Shown here: positions 11,226-23,438 of the stretch, in pieces
Position numbering within the stretch: position 1 is the stretch's first letter
Layout: every line of letters begins with the position of its first letter
NCBI GenBank assembly: GCA_030295235.1
Contig: AP026123.1
Span: forward strand, 2,232,001-2,296,000
Length of the DNA stretch: 64,000 bases
Source: Fistulifera solaris
Taxonomy: Eukaryota
Direction: 5' to 3'
Translations under genes and position numbers: made by a program
Notes under the pieces: generated by a model
The model's database searches: none
What the model saw: the letters and a program-made list of their open reading frames with translations, nothing else
Told to the model about the DNA's origin: nothing

Positions 11226-13154
11226 TTAAATCTTGACTGGAGAAGAAGATCCCTCGCCATGCGTGGGGAAGATATCATCCGGAATACCGATGGGGTGACG
11301 AAATGCGTGAGGTAACCATAAATCGTTCGTATACGCTCGATCCATGAACCTCAATGCTACCCGGTGTAGCCATTTTGGTTCACTCCATTTCAGTTGCTTC
11401 ACAGAACGGATGGTCTGCTTACTCGCGTCGTCTTGCGAGGTTCGAATGTCTTTGTAAACAACTTTGTAGCGCACGTCTCCGTTTTCCGTCTCCCCGCGAC
11501 CGATAATACGACACGGTTTGGCGGGTACGTTTTCTTGATTCCAGATGGCGGCAACCAGATCAGGAGGACCTTCTCTAACAATACATTTTAATTCAAAATG
11601 GGAGGGATACGGATCTGTTTGTTGTTCTTCTTCTGTTCGAAGAATAGCGTCATGGTTCTCTGTATTCCAATCGCGCGCTGATTGATAATCGGAAGAATAT
11701 TGATGTTTTACCGACTCGAACTTTGCAACATGTTGATCCCACGCAGATTGCCAGGCTTCGCCGTAATCAAAGAAGATCTCTTCACCTGGTTGAATATCTC
11801 GCGTCGCCACGATATCCATGTACAAGCGAGGCGAGGCTATGTTGAGCATCTTTCGAGGATGCGACTGCAAAACTTCGTCGTTATGTCGCATTTCACCGTC
11901 CTTGGCCCATTGCAGACGCGCGTTGGCAGCAGTTCCATTCTTCCCGTGATTGATATAGTTGACGCCGATCCCGTAGGGACAAAGAAAAATACTCGACTCG
12001 GGGTGGTTCCAGCAGTAATTGTAAAAGATTTGATGATGCTCCACTTTGTTTGGATTTGGTTGCGTGTCTTTCTCAAACCAGGAACCCTCATACATGAGCA
12101 TCAAGTAATCATTCGGAAAGAACATCAAGGGTGTGCTTGCTACGACACTGCCCTGAGGCAAGAACCGTCGCGCAAAGGCCCCTCGTCCAGCCTGTGGAAC
12201 CGTCGAGGCACGAATGATCATCTGATCCACACATCGACCATGTTCATTCAACTCTTGAATACTACGCGTAGCTTGCGGTTGATACAAAGCTCGGATCCCG
12301 TTTTGTATCACAGTTTCTAATTCGTTCGATGTTCTAGGAAGTGCATTGAGTGTGCGACTCGGAAAGGCGTGATTTGTGACAAGTCCCCATAAATCTTGGC
12401 TCATTTCTGTATTCCACCCCTCTACTTGGCTTTGCATATTCGTGATGAGTGAATTGTAAGCTTCCACAAGCTCTTCCGCAATGTAATAATCCTCCGAAAG
12501 AGGAATGAGGTCAAATACCTCGGGTCGACTTTCAAACCACCAATCCCCATAAAATTTGAATAATTCCCCACCCGCCGGTATATCGTGCGTCGCTATGGTC
12601 TCACACTGATGATAGGGAGTAAACGCTCCGGCACCGGGATCTTTCGATCGATGCAAACCGGTTGTGTCGTAGTTTGGTGTACCCTTTTCGACATTCAACA
12701 AGGCCAAATTGCAATTGATGGCGGCATCCATGCCCGGACAAAAGGCCGTCACATATTCTGGCGCCACGTACGGATACGAAGATTCTTGTTGCATGCCCAT
12801 TTCGGGACCGAACCAGACGTAATCTTTGAGTGGATTGGAGAGCCACCGATGATGCGATCCCCACACGCGCATGTGATATTGCAAATCGACCACGGGGTAC
12901 ATGACATCGCCGGGCCACACAATTTCGTCTTTATGGCGAGGGATGCCGGTAAAAATGCCCAAGCCCGCTCCGGGAATGGTCGATTCGGCCATGTACAGCG
13001 TGCACTCGTCGTGCAAGGATGCCGTACATTCCTGTTCTCCATTTTCGAGAACAATGCACGTTGTTTCGTGATTACTTTCTGCTATGCTCACGCGATTCAG
13101 TAACAAGACATGAATGTGATATAGTAGGAGCGATGTCAGTATCCGTCGAGGCAT
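11226..13154 (-). CDS. Signal-peptide-bearing protein with two SET domains
   Basis: SET1: AESTIPGAGLGIFTG...INC...DIPAGGELFKFYG. SET2: STVPQAGRGAFA...NYINH...RDIQPGEEIFFDYG. Hydrophobic N-terminus. Confidence 0.85.
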   Translation of the reverse strand: MPRRILTSLLLYHIHVLLLNRVSIAESNHETTCIVLENGEQECTASLHDECTLYMAESTIPGAGLGIFTGIPRHKDEIVWPGDVMYPVVDLQYHMRVWGSHHRWLSNPLKDYVWFGPEMGMQQESSYPYVAPEYVTAFCPGMDAAINCNLALLNVEKGTPNYDTTGLHRSKDPGAGAFTPYHQCETIATHDIPAGGELFKFYGDWWFESRPEVFDLIPLSEDYYIAEELVEAYNSLITNMQSQVEGWNTEMSQDLWGLVTNHAFPSRTLNALPRTSNELETVIQNGIRALYQPQATRSIQELNEHGRCVDQMIIRASTVPQAGRGAFARRFLPQGSVVASTPLMFFPNDYLMLMYEGSWFEKDTQPNPNKVEHHQIFYNYCWNHPESSIFLCPYGIGVNYINHGKNGTAANARLQWAKDGEMRHNDEVLQSHPRKMLNIASPRLYMDIVATRDIQPGEEIFFDYGEAWQSAWDQHVAKFESVKHQYSSDYQSARDWNTENHDAILRTEEEQQTDPYPSHFELKCIVREGPPDLVAAIWNQENVPAKPCRIIGRGETENGDVRYKVVYKDIRTSQDDASKQTIRSVKQLKWSEPKWLHRVALRFMDRAYTNDLWLPHAFRHPIGIPDDIFPTHGEGSSSPVKI

Positions 13155-13534
13155 TGTTTCTTATGAAATTTTCCGTGCAAGGCAGCAATCAATCATGACT
13201 CTGAAGTGAATGGATGAATGAGAAGTCGTCGCGATGAAACAAAAACAAGGGCAATGAATTTGATTGTGGCTATGGCAGTTTGTGTAGTACAACGGCCTAA
13301 ATAGGTATCACACTTAAGCGTAGAAAGGTCACACACATTTTGTACATAAGGGACGAACGGTAATTTTTATCGTTCACGCACCTCGACCGTCGTCGTCGTC
13401 GGCAGCAAAAAAAAAAATTCGGATTGGATGGTTCTTGATGCGCCTCATTCATTGAGTTGATAAAACACATAATGATGATGATTCATTTATCATCAAACTA
13501 TCAATCACATTCTATCTGTTCTTATTTCATTTAA

Positions 13535-14937
13535 ATGATATGGCATCGACAAGTGACGATTTCTCGTCGACGGACGGGGTTCGCAACCGTTTTCTGTGTG
13601 TTGAATCTCTTTTCTCCAAGGACCGAATCTCTACAATCCTTTCTCCCCTACCAACGACGACCTTCTTCTTCGCTGTTTGCGACTGTTGATGTTTGGGAAG
13701 GACCCTGGAGCGCTACGCCAAAGTTCCTTGAAGAGTACTGGGGACAAAAACCGTTACTCGTCCGTCGAGCCTTTGATGCTTCGACGAGTCCCTTTCCTTC
13801 CTGGTACGACATCGTAAATTTGGCCGTCGACGATGATACCGGATATGCGGCGCGATTAGTGCAACATACGGCTGGTGATTTGACTTCGTTTTCTCTCGAT
13901 TTAGGTCCGTTTGATCCGGATGAATTGGACGACGCATTGGACGATCGATCAGTACGAACGACACTCCTCGTGAACGATGTCGATCGCCGGCGTGCCGATT
14001 TGGCCGATTGGATGGAAGCACAATTTGCCTTTTGCCACGATGGAGAATGGATGATGCACAAATTAGTATTGCGCAAAAGGGAGGGGGTATTGGGCCGCAT
14101 GTTGACAATTATGATGTCTTTTTGATTCAAACGGCCGGACAGCGAGAATGGAAGGTGGGTTTGGACAAACTATCCACCGCGGAAGAATATGCCGCGTTAG
14201 TTCCCGATATTCCGGTACGGATTCTGCAAAAGGAATTCGATGCGGTGGCCTATGTACTGGAGCCTGGTGATATGCTGTATCTTCCGCCACGGGTGATTCA
14301 TTGTGGGACTGCGGCGTCCGATCAGTGTGTTACCTTGTCAGTGGGGTGTCGGGCACCCTCGGCGGCCGATTTGATTGCGCGTATGGCGGAACAGCTGCAA
14401 GATACCGCGACCGAACGATACCAAGATGTGAATTTGAGCGAACTGACACCTTCGGACGTTTCATTGACGACCCAAGTCAAGGAACGTATGAAACAAATGA
14501 CCCTACGGGCCATTCAAACGCTGTTAAAAGACGATGCAGCTTGGGACGCGTTAGTAGGTGGCATTATCACGGAACCGATACGAGACGATGATTTAGGAGC
14601 CTTTGATGAAGACGAAGACGACTACATGGGCGAAAATTCGGAAGAGCTGCTTCAGTCATCGAATATTTATCTAAAACGGTCACCGGGGGTATCTGTGGCT
14701 ACATCGACCGTCGAAATTTCTGGGCAACCCGCATCGCGTTTACATCGTTTGTTTGCTCATGGCACCATGTGGGAATCCAACGAATCGCTAGCGCGGGAAA
14801 TCTTTCATCATATCGAACAAGGTCTTCCGTTAACGTCAGAGCATCTCAAAGCCGCCCTTACGTCGCCAGTATTGAAATCGGTCTTGGAAGAGCTTGTGCA
14901 ACGAAGACTGCTTCGCATTCATCGCCGCAACGATTGA
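13535..14937 (+). CDS. JmjC/cupin-4 oxygenase (YcfD/RoxA-like ribosomal protein hydroxylase)
   Basis: FLEEYWGQKPLLVRRAF, LP.WRMDDAQIS, GGIGPHVDNYDVFLIQ, LEPGDMLYLPP...H. One missing T in a T-run near 14030 joins the two ORFs. Confidence 0.85.
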
Positions 14938-15051
14938 GACGATTTAAGGAGTGTCGCGATTCCTAGCGTGGCGACGAACAATACGCACTAGTGGAACGAT
15001 TAGCGTCGCCAAGTGGGCATTGATGTTTATGCGATGGTATTTCTTAGCAGG

Positions 15052-16385
15052 TTACTGCTCGCTCTTCGACGCATTTTCGGCTTGTAAGTCGGAAATAGCA
15101 CCCACCAAGCAGGCTCCTAAAATGATAGCACCTCCAATGTACGAATTCAGGCCCAGTTTTTCACCCAACAGAAGGAACCCAAAAATGCTGGCCCAGACAG
15201 GTTCACTGGAAAAGGCAATAGCCGCGTCGGTAGCGGTCGCTGTTTGAAGCGCGATTCCTTCCAAAAATATAGCAAACACGGTAGTGACGATTCCGGTCCA
15301 TAAAATAGTAGCAATTCTGTGCCCTTCAATCAAATACCCAAAATTTGGCAATACACCATTGTAGTCGTAAAGAACCCAGAGCAGAGACAAAATCCCCACC
15401 ATCACACACTGAGCACCGGCAATCGTCAACACTCTGTTGGGAACGTCTTTGAACTTTTCTTGATAATGTTCTATCCGCAAGAAAGCAAAGCCATAGCCTA
15501 GTGGCTGTCCCAGAGCAAGAAGATCACCCTTGCTGACTGCGAGGGAACTAGTGGCTGTTTCCATACTCGATGACGCTAGTGCTGATGTAGCCGTAGAAGC
15601 GGTTTCGGCAAAAGCTGGAGCAACACCCAGAAGGTGATTGAAATCGATCATCCCTTCTAACACACTCACCCCAGAGAGGGCAATCAATGCCGCCACAACA
15701 TTCGCTTTCGTGATAGGACGACCGTACAACAACAACGCCATAATGGGCACGGAAACGACCGTCAAACTGCAAATGAACGCACACTTTCCTGCCGAGATTG
15801 TAGCCAGTGCCATGGATTGTGTCACATAACCCAAGGTAATCCAGGCACCGCATTCAAATCCAGCCTGGATCACTTCCTTCTTTTGACCCCAGATAAGTGG
15901 GAGACTCACCAAACCGGCTACCGCGAAACGAGCGAAAGCAAATTCCGAGGGCGGGTGATTGCACGGTGGATGAAAACAAAGTCCTTCCAAGTATTTTACC
16001 GCCTGCAACAAGAGTAAAAAGTTGGCACGAGGGTGGACGAGAACATCCCGGCACCTAGAGTACATACCGCAAAATTAGTCCCCCAAACAGCCGCCACTAC
16101 GAGTAATATACCTCGAGCTGCCCAAATTCCCAATTCTTTCTTTTCTGTTTCAATATCGCCTGATTCATTATTGCTGGATAGTTCCAATGCATGTGCCTTG
16201 CTGAAACGAAAATCGGTTGTCTGTGAATTGTTGCATCGGATATCTTTACCGAAAGGCTTGCTTAGCGCTATTCTGTAAACACTCGAGTGATCAAGGATCC
16301 GTCTTGATGAAGGCGAAAAAGCGTTCGTGGTGACAGATAATGCCAACAGAGCGACACCGTTCTTCCACAAACCCAAACGCCTCAT
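15052..16385 (-). CDS. EamA/DMT-family transporter with plastid-type bipartite presequence
   Basis: LLALSVTTNAFSP presequence; VWGTNFA, RF.VA, CAFICSLTVV, SSEPVWA. Intron 16003-16067 (GTATGT...TTGCAG). Confidence 0.85.
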
Positions 16386-16679
16386 CTTCAAGGTGCAAGA
16401 ATGTGACTCCAGTAAAGCTGCTCAATAGTCGCACTAAATCAAGTAAAGGTGAACTCAAGTAGCTAGTAGAGTTGACAGCAAAAGTAAAGATACCGTGAAC
16501 GTTCGACTCATTCGATTCTACCGATGACACCATGTCGATGATGAGAGGTCTTTGCGTTCGAAAAATTTCGTGCATGATGTGCTTTTCGATCGAAGGGAAT
16601 TTCGTTCGATATTTGTTAAGTATGAAACAACGTCGCTGTCGTAGCGGCGTACTATGTCTAATTCTCAGACGAGGAACTG

Positions 16680-16960
16680 CCAGACGACGGACCGTCCCGC
16701 GCATTTTTTCGTCCGCGTAATAAAACGCATGAAGGAAAAAAAGCAATACCGTATTTCTATTGAAAAGGGAGGATACAAATAAATTTTTAAACAATTTCAA
16801 AACCTTTTGAATTCATCCGGAAAGGTCACAGCAACCCTTGTTGACGAGAATGTCATTATTCTGGCACGATCACCCACACGGTGCTCCTATACTTACAGCG
16901 CATCAAGTCCGAGTCAGTCTTCTGGCTTCTGCCGACGACGATCTTGCCCAGAAGTCGCAC
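16680..16960 (+). pseudogene. Degraded relic of the esterase promoter and 5' coding end
   Basis: GCAACCCTTGTTGACG...CGGTGCTCC...ACAGCGCATC...CTGGCTTCTGCCGACGACGA aligns by eye to 23475-23580 (QPLLT...TAH..SLLASADD). Confidence 0.6.
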
Positions 16961-17839
16961 AAAATCAATGAAAAACGTCGTCAACGAGTTTGCTTCCTAT
17001 TTTTCTTCCTGTGGTTGCTTTCCCTGTCTTTGATCGCGTAAGGTGTTCGGCGCCTTACCGACTTTCTTCAGGTACGGTGGTTCATCAAAGGGAATATTGA
17101 GCATCCTTTATCTTCTTTCTGAGAAACGCGGAATGTTTCTCTCATGGCTCTCGTTTCACCTCATGGATTTCATTCTTATAAGAATCTAGAGTCATGCAAG
17201 GACGGAAGGCGAATTTTTCACCAAAAAGGATACAGCAAAACAAACGACTGAATCGCAAACAATCCACATCGTACCCTTCAATATTCCGTCAACGAAATAA
17301 ATGCGGCAGCATCTTCATTTGACTAGACACAAATTGATTGAAATGATATGGGAATTTGAATTCTCCATGTTATTCAAACAATCTGTCGTCGATGCGCTAC
17401 AAATTTCACCGATCATGGAGCCCCATATACGACGACAATTTGTATCTAGTACGAAATAATAAAGTTGTTACTCCGAAAGGTAACAGGTACACGGATTGAA
17501 GCTGCTGTTGACAAAGATTGTTGAAACGACTAGCCAAAGCATAGGGCCGTGAGACTTATGGCTTCAACGCGGTTTCGAGGCGTCGCGAGTCGTCGTCGCG
17601 ACCCGTTTCGATGACCTAACGCACGTTGCAATTTGTACCTTCGACCAGGGCGCATCACCAGAAGCCGCAGTGCGGTAAAAAAGATACGACAGTACGAAAG
17701 GAAACACTCATTTTTAGGCTATGGTGACAATAATCTTCAATTGTTGGTGCCTTGGGCGGACATTCAGTAAATCAAGAATAGTCGTTATAATATATATGCA
17801 CTATGAAGATAAATTGTGAAATAGAAACACTTAGTCGGC

Positions 17840-19546
17840 TCAAACCTCGTCTCGTGCTGATTTCTTTGCTACACCGGCGACCTCGGCGGTCGGCTTGCGC
17901 TTCAAAGAATCAGTTGGATTCATTGGAGGATGAGCATCAGACGACGCCCCATTTCCCATCACGCCGAGTCCTGCAGCATCATCGGCATCGGCATCGGCAT
18001 CGAAATCAATCGCATCTTGAATCCATTCACACAACACTTCTGTGTGCATTTCAAGCACCAATGCCGTGCGCTGGAAGTTAGCTGAGGCATTGCTGACCAG
18101 CGCTGATGAAGCAAGTAAGGAGCGCAAGGGCGACGGCTCTTTTACCAAGTCTGTCGAACCACAATAGAATCGATTGAGCGCATAAAGGTTGTCGATCGCG
18201 GACCCGTTTGACAATCGTTGTCCTAAGAAGTCTACTACTTCGATGTAGCGATTTCGCGAGAGCAGCCGCTCCAACAAGGACTGGTCAAATCGGAAGATAT
18301 TATATTGCCGATCAAACTTGGATGCGCAATCTTGCACAACAAATGTACGCAGCCCCTAGTGCTCTTCCATAGCCAGAAAGATAGCCTCGAAGTGGACAGT
18401 CCAATCCAGCTTATAGCAAGTGTCACTCAAGTTCAGGTATGAAAGCTTGGTATTGGCCCGAATGGCACGGATCAATGCTTCTACCACAGCGCTAAAATTG
18501 TCAAAATCATCCCCTTCATAGCCAGGCAGGTCGCCAGTAGCGAAAGTCAACCTTTCAAAATGACCAAGCTCAGCCACTCGATCGAAGAATGAGATGGCAA
18601 GCTCGTCACACTTATCACCATCGTCGAGCATCATTTTCAGACTGAGGTCGCTAGTCATAATTTCTAGCGCTTTAAAATCATCCGAACCAGTTTTCTTCTT
18701 TACAATTGTGCAACGCAAAGCCTTCACATTTGCTAAAAATGGCAAGTGAAAACGTTCTTTGTGCAGGTTGCTCGTACGAAGCTCTTTGAGCAAGTCGACT
18801 TTTACCAGAAGCTCCAGGTTGGAATTTGAAATAGGATTGAACCCTGCATCAAAATCGATGCCAAGGGAACCAAAAGAGGAATGACGTTCCTTCAGTACCT
18901 TGACAAACGTCTTGCCATCATCTTTAAATGTCAACCATTTCCCAAGAGTCAGATTCAACGGATTGGGTCTTGATGCGAGAACCGCCGACTGTTCAGTAGT
19001 CCATTTTCCAGTTCGAAAATCAAACGCGCGTGTGGGATTGGAGTCCAGTATCTGGGCGAGCTGCTCAGGTTGAAAGGCAGCAAAAGTGAACTTGCTCTCT
19101 TGCTCGACTTGGTTCCAGTATTCGATTTGATTGTCTCCAAGATAGTCATGGATCTATAGCAACGCGTTCGGATCGTCTTCAACTTTCAACGACCAAAAGA
19201 ACGTGGCCGTCTCCGCAATAGCAGCATCCGTTTCTCCGTAGATCATGCACATCCGCCAGTAGTCCTTTCCCTCGATGGTAAAGAAAAAATATCGCCCCCA
19301 ACACGCTTCGAAGTTGTCATCGCAATCCGCGAAACGAATAACGGTTCTATTGTCTCGCCAGATACCGAATTCGCCGTACTTCTTCCAGTCGATTTCGTCC
19401 AGGCGACTCGGTTCGCGCCGCAACTTGTACAAGGGAAGCTTCAGCGGGTACACTGCCCGACGAAAATCTCGTACAAGTACTCTGCCCCAAGTTTTATTCT
19501 CCGGAATGAGTTTCAAGAGATCGACTTTCTCGTTCGCACGATTCAT
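17840..19546 (-). pseudogene. Lineage-specific hypothetical protein family with degenerate LRR-like C-terminal part, copy A (disrupted)
   Basis: Collinear with 21259-22938. Frame changes near 19170 and 18955. In-frame TAG at 18356-18358 where copy B has AAG. Confidence 0.75.
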
Positions 19547-19959
19547 GTCGTTGTTTGAGATACTGCAGCAATCAAAGGAAAGGCACGGATATTCGATGCT
19601 TTTTACACAAGCAATGGAACTATGAAAAGAAGAGCAATGCGCCGCAGCAAACGTTCATGCGAAATACGGAGCTCGCAAAGATCCGCAGGTGTCTTGCTTC
19701 AAGTCGTCAGCCAGAACACAAGGGCGAGGAGCGAGGAGATCCCGCCAGTCATGACGTCCTTTACAGCAACAGAAGAACAACAAATACGTTTTGCGACTAC
19801 ACAAATGAATGTATCTGTTACAAGTGCCCAGATAATATTGATCTGCAACCTCATCGCAACTGTGTTCGAAAAACAAAAAATCGCGCCGTTCTAACCTTAT
19901 CTCCGCGTAGAATTCAGGCTTAGTGATTCAACGCACCATTGTGTCTTGTCTGACTGTTG

Positions 19960-20230
19960 ACTGACGGACCCTCTCGCAATATTATTGCGTTTATCGTGTT
20001 TCGTCGCGTTTTTCGACTGCAACATTTTGATGCAGGAATAAAAGCGGATCCATAATATTTTACCAAAGAACACCATGAAAGTTTTCTCCTTTCATTTGAA
20101 ACGTCCAGAGCAGCCGTTGCTGACGGGAAATTCGTTTTCTTTGGCTTTGTCGCCTCCACGCGCTCCTTCTCTGGGTACAGCGCATCGGCATTTGTCGATG
20201 ACGAAAATCATCGCTCTCGTCGGCAGGTGT
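19960..20230 (+). pseudogene. Truncated duplicate of the esterase 5' end
   Basis: CACCATGAAAGTTTTCTCCTTTCAT...CCAGAGCAGCCGTTG...ACAGCGCATCGG matches the esterase start at 23435-23551. Confidence 0.75.
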
Positions 20231-21258
20231 ATGAGAAACGTCGCCTTGTTTTAAAAGTATTTCCACACGGCACAAAGTTTCATGAAATTACCTTCTTCCT
20301 GTGACTACTGGTCCTCAATTCGATCGAGTTTGACGTTCGATGCTGCATACCGGTTGACTGTCTTCAAACAGGTTGGCAATCACCAGATTATCGAGGATCC
20401 TTCATCTCTTGTCAAGAGAAATACAAGTACAATGATTGACGCTATTGTCGACAAAGCTTGCGCAAACGATAAACCGACGAACAAAAGCACGCGACCGTGA
20501 GAATTACGTTGCAATGCTACTCCGAGAAGACAACAACTGTTAAACGCGACGCCGCTAGCTTTGGACCAGGTATATGCTAAAAAATGCTGTGATGACCCGT
20601 TCTCTTTGCAGTGTTTACCTCTGACACTGCGATGGACTCCATTTTTCGAATGTTCAGTATCTTTAATCCGTTCTTGTCCATCGAAACTGCCATCATACGT
20701 GAACGTTCAGATAGTCCTCCGGCCGATATCGCAAGTGGAGTTGACGAGAAAAGGTGTCCCCGTCATGGCAGGTTGTTATGTGTCGTGTTGAATGCATGAG
20801 TTTGAAACTTTGTCGCTTGCGAAGTAGACGTTTGGTTATCACATTGGTGCAAGCACTAGTGCGATGGAGACGAACAATCACAAATATTTCTTATCTACAA
20901 TAATATTTCGTCAAAGCTTGTCACTCGGCGGAAAGTCGATGTACGACGTAGTTCCTTCTTCTCACGATGATTTAGGCATCGCAAAGCGACCCAGGGGCTC
21001 ACACCAGAAGCCACAACACTCTGGAAGACAATGCTCGAAAGCGATTAAACACGGTAACAGAGAGCACAAAGCATACAGCCTTAGATACTCGTTCAATTGT
21101 AGTCCAGAAATTGAATAACGTTGACTGTGATCTTTATTTTGTTGGCAACTTAGTAATCATTCAGTCCGAAATGATCTATTATACAAGCAGCATCTAACAT
21201 CTAATTACAATAAATGCACTATGTATTTTATTTGTCGTAGAAACACTGATGAGTCGGC

Positions 21259-22938
21259 TCACACCTCGTCTCGGGCTGATTTCTTGGCTACACCGGCGAC
21301 CTCGGCGGTCGGCTTGCGTTTCAAAGAATCAGTTGGATTCACTTCCGGAGAATGAGCATCAGACGACGCCCCATTTCCCGTCACGCCGAGTCCTGCAGCA
21401 TCAACGGGATCGAAGTCAACCGCATCTTGAATCCAATAGCACAAAACGTCCGTGTGCATTTCAAGCACCAATGCCGTGCGCTGGAAGTTAGCTGAGGCAT
21501 TGCTGACCAGCGCCGATGAAGCAAGTAAGGAACGCAAGGGCGACGGCTCCTTTACCAAATTTGTCGCACCACAATAAAATCGATTGAGCGCATAAAGGTT
21601 GTCGATAGCGGGTCCGTTCGACAATCGTTTTCCTGAGGAGTCTACTACTTCGATGTAGCGATTTCGCGAGAGCAGCTGCTCCAACAAGGAATAGTTAAAC
21701 CAGCAGGATTCGTTTCGCCAATAATACTCGGATGAGGGAACTTCCACAACAAACGTGCGCAGCCCCTTGTGTTCTTCCACGGCCTGAAAGATAGCCTCGA
21801 AGTGGACAGGCCAATCCAACTTATAGCAAGTGTCACTCAAGTCCAAGTATGAAAGCTTGGTATTGGCCCGAATGGCACGAATCAATGCTTCTACCACAGC
21901 GCTAAAATTGTCAAAACCATCTCCGTTATAAGCAGGCAGGCTGCCAGCAGCGAAAGCCAGTTTTTCAAAATGACCCAGTTCGGCCACTCGATTGAAGAAC
22001 GAGATAGCAAGCTCGTCACATTTATTATCCGCGTCGAGCATCACTTTCAGACTGAGATCGCCAGTCACAACTTCCAGTTCTTTGAAATCGTTGGGCACAA
22101 CTTGAGCTGCTTCAATCGAGCAGTGCAACACATTTACATTGGCGGAAAACGGCCAAGGAAAAGTATCCTTGTGCAGGTTACTCGTGCGAAGCTCTTCAAA
22201 AAAGTCGAGTTCCACAATACGCTTCACGTTAGAGTAAGAAAGAGGACCACCAAGATAATCAAAGTCAATGCCGAGAGAACCAAAAGAAGATTTTCGTTCT
22301 TTTAAAATCTTGACAAACATTTTTCCTTTATCCTTGAAGGACAACCATGGTCCAAGCGTCAAATGTAAGGGGTAAGGTCTTGATGCGAAAACGGCAGACT
22401 GCTCCACCGTCCAGCGTCCCGTTCGAATCTCAACTTTACGTGTCGGATTTGAATCCAGTATCTGAGCGAGCTGGTTCGGTCGGAAGGTCGAAAAGTCGAA
22501 CTTGCAGTCCTCCGCGCATTGATCGTAGTATTCGTGCTCCCTTCCCATATAGTTATGGATGCGAAGCAATGTGACCGTATCGCCGTCGGCCTTTAACGAC
22601 CAAAAGAGCGTGGCCATCTTGGCAATCTTAGCATCTGTTTCGCCGTATATGGCACCGTACAAAGTAGTGTTGCCTTCCATGGTAAAGAACAGATATCGGC
22701 CCGAACCCGAGCCGAAGCTGTCATCGCGATCCGTAATGTGAATGACGGTTCAATTGTACCAGATACCGAATTCTCCGTATTTCTCCCAGTCGATTTCGCT
22801 CAGGCGACTCGGTTTGCGGCGCAATAAGTACAGGGGAAGGTCACTATCGTATGCCCGACGAAAATCTTGGACCGAGTCCCAATTGGTATCCTCCGAAATC
22901 AGTAGCAAAAGATCATCTTCCTCATTCGTTCGTTCCAT
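21259..22938 (-). CDS. Lineage-specific hypothetical protein family with degenerate LRR-like C-terminal part, copy B
   Basis: ORFs 22750-22938 and 21259-22680 join with one frameshift. Shares motifs with copy A (LY.LRR.PSRL.EIDW.KY, YGETDA.IA..AT.FWSL, ILDSNPTR, TKLSYL.LS). Confidence 0.7.
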
Positions 22939-23438
22939 TTTGTTGCTTGAGATATTTCAGCGATGAAGTAAACAATACGGCTCAATCTGCGTTGTCAGCA
23001 CAACAATGAGAAGAGCAATGCGCCGCAGCAATCGTTCATCATGACCTTCTCAAAGATCCGCAGGTGTCTTGCTTCAAGTCGTCAGCCAGAACACAAGGGC
23101 GAGGAGCGAGGAGATCCTGCCAGTCATGACGTCGTTTGCTGCAACAGAAGAACAACAAAAACGTTCTGCGACTACAATCATGAGTGTGTTGCTTGTTTGG
23201 CCCTTTCCAAAGTGATGTGCAAAATAAATAGACTATAAGTGTGTTCGAAAAAATCCGTGCGTCGTGCCGCAGTAGCTGCACTAGAGTTTAGGTTTGGTTT
23301 CGTTGATCTTTCGGCGTGTCTGTCGACTGACGGACCATCCCGCAATCGTTGATCGTTGTTTTCGTTTTTCGACCGCGACAATTTTTTTTTATTGTTGACA
23401 AAAGCGGATCCAAAAACGAATATCGACTAGTAAACACC

